Shown here: in pieces, positions 6,264 through 7,664 of the stretch
Numbering within the stretch: position 1 is the stretch's first letter
How the letters are laid out: each line of letters begins with the position of its first letter
The notes under the pieces: model-generated
Databases searched by the model: none
Seen by the model: the letters and a program-made list of their open reading frames with translations, nothing else
What the model was told of the DNA's origin: nothing
From: a virus
Lineage: Duplodnaviria; Heunggongvirae; Uroviricota; Caudoviricetes
Virus record (IMG/VR): IMGVR_UViG_2537562019_000010
Reading direction: 5' to 3' (one strand)
Length of the DNA stretch: 7,664 nucleotides
Translations under genes and position numbers: made by a program

Positions 6264-7664
6264 TCTTCTCCTCCTCTGTTGATTGTCGCAGTCCGGATTC
6301 AAATGTCGCTGCCGCCCAGGCGGGCGGTTTAAGACCGGCTGCGCGGCGCTCCATCGTTTCACGGACCTGCTGGGCAAAAATTTCCTGATAGTCGTCACCG
6401 CGTTTTGCGCACTCTTTCTCGTAGGTACTCAGTCCGGCTTCTATCAGCATCACCGCTTCCTGTACTTCTTTCAGACCATCGATGGCCATACGACCGGAGC
6501 CTATCCAGTCGCAGTTCCCCCAGGCACTGCGGGCTTCCTGAAAACTGAAGCGCGCTTTTGAAGGTAACGTCACCACGCGGCGAACGATGGCCTCTTCCAG
6601 CCAGCACAGAAACATCTGGCTCGCCTGACGGGATGCGACGAATTTTCGCCGCCCCATAAAGTACGCCCAGACTCGTTCGCACTGGCCCGTGCCGTGGAGT
6701 AGCTCATCTGGGCGTAATTCCGGGAAAGCTGCTCATACGAGACACCCAGCCCGGCAGCGATATACCGCAACAGTGACTGCTCAAACACGGAGTAGCCGTT
6801 ATCCGTGTCCTGAGCCGTCTGCAGGTTCAGTGAGTCCCCCGGCATCAGGTGCGGCACTTTTGCGCCTCCCAGCGGACCGGTGCGCGGCGTAATACGCGGC
6901 AATTTCACCAATCCAGCCGGTCAGCTTGTCCCGCTGCTCCTGACTGTTCGCGCCCAGAATAAAATCCATCGCTGACTGCGTATCCAGCTCACTTTCAATG
7001 GTGGCGGCATACATCGCCTTCACAATGGCGCTCTGCAGCTGCGTGTTCTGCAGCGTGTCGAGCATCTTCATCTGCTCCATCACGCTGTAAAACACATTTG
7101 CACCGCGAGTCTGCCCGTCCTCCACGGGTTCAAAAACGTGAATGAACGAGGCGCGCCCGCCGGGTAACTCACGGGGTATCCATGTCCATTTCTGCGGCAT
7201 CCAGCCAGGATACCCGTCCTCGCTGACGTAATATCCCAGCGCCGCGCCGCTGTCATTAATCTGCACACCGGCACGGCAGTTCCGGCTGTCGCCGGTATTG
7301 TTCGGGTTGCTGATGCGCTTCGGGCTGACCATCCGGAACTGTGTCCGGAACAGCCGCGACGAACTGGTATCCCAGGTGGCCTGAACGAACAGTTCACCGT
7401 TAAAGGCGTGCATGGCCACACCTTCCCGAATCATCATGGTAAACGTGCGTTTTCGCTCAACGTCAATGCAGCAGCAGTCATCCTCGGCAAACTCTTTCCA
7501 TGCCGCTTCAACCTCGCGGGAAAAGGCACGGGCGTCTTCCTCCCCGATGCCCAGATAGCGCCAGCTTGGACGATGACTGAGCCGGAAAAAAGACCCGACG
7601 ATATGATCCTGATGCAGCTGGATGGCGTTGGCGGCATAGCCGTTATTGCGTACCAGATCGTCTG
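6244..7664 (-). pseudogene. B: Portal protein B, 3' ~1.4 kb (5' end beyond window), apparently interrupted by two compensating frameshifts
   Basis: Three consecutive ORF-track pieces together match recalled lambda gpB in order. 6799..7664 (open to the window edge; FRLSHRPSWRYLG...IPRELPGGRASFIHVFEPVEDGQTRGANVFYSVMEQMKMLDTLQNTQLQSAIVKAMYAATIESELDT...) stops at 6799. 6570..6911 is in a second frame (...GGAKVPHLMPGDSLNLQTAQDTDNGYSVFEQSLLRYIAAGLGVSYEQLSR...ARASANES). 6244..6657 is back in the first frame (MGRRKFVASRQASQMFLCWLEE...MAIDGLKEVQEAVMLIEAGLSTYEKE...). Confidence 0.8.

Noticed and set aside
986-6398. Longer upstream starts offered by the ORF track for V (1756), FI (3518), D (4940) and C (6398)
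   Set aside because: Lambda homology and RBS placement support the internal starts at 1726, 3479, 4934 and 6263. The extensions overlap the preceding gene or the E/FI hairpin.
201-6892. Plus-strand ORFs of 60-237 aa from the track (201..434, 477..989, 481..678, 996..1406, 1117..1299, 1941..2153, 2015..2395, 2505..2732, 2764..2994, 2979..3275, 2984..3232, 3291..3533, 3872..4423, 4017..4232, 4616..4915, 4875..5309, 4924..5154, 4982..5170, 5364..6077, 6283..6561, 6689..6892)
   Set aside because: All lie antisense to well-supported lambda-like structural genes. Their translations are low-complexity and rich in Arg, Cys, His and Ser, with no recognisable motifs and no RBS-supported starts. Long antisense open frames are expected opposite GC-rich, codon-biased genes.
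1333-7637. Minus-strand ORFs in alternative frames (1333..1563, 1865..2110, 3619..3813, 5336..5605, 6395..6682, 7080..7421, 7434..7637)
   Set aside because: Each is nested inside V, U, E, C or B in a different frame, with Arg/Cys/Trp-rich translations and no homology-supported start. Treated as frame artefacts, not overlapping genes.
1-7664. Novel defence or accessory system, CRISPR array, tRNA or rRNA, IS element or integron in the window
   Set aside because: The window is completely filled by contiguous lambda-like morphogenesis genes on one strand with minimal intergenic space. No direct-repeat arrays, tRNA-like structures, transposase-like ORFs or non-phage cargo were seen.

Overview
The whole window is the late head and tail morphogenesis operon of a lambda-like (lambdoid) prophage, encoded entirely on the minus strand and transcribed from high to low coordinates. 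Gene order and products match phage lambda B, C/Nu3, D, E, FI, FII, Z, U, V, G/T and H: portal B (3' part, enters at the right edge), protease C with nested scaffold Nu3, decoration protein D, major capsid E, FI, FII, Z, U, major tail protein V, tail chaperone G/T with its -1 frameshift site, and the first ~46 codons of tape-measure H (runs off the left edge). Protein identities to lambda are judged from recalled lambda sequences, not from a search. Most genes are intact with lambda-like lengths and tight coupling (RBSs, ATGA overlap, 20-nt B/C overlap). I cannot support a novel or undescribed system here: there are no RNA genes, CRISPR, IS elements, integrase or defence-like cargo. The most notable observations are four apparent single-base indels that break two essential genes, portal B (two compensating shifts) and chaperone G (two deletions that destroy the G-to-T frame relationship). 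These suggest either a defective prophage or sequencing errors. Two intergenic hairpins flank the major capsid gene E (E/FI and D/E junctions). Exact base positions of indels and hairpins are approximate because I read them by eye; gene coordinates are anchored on the supplied ORF track.
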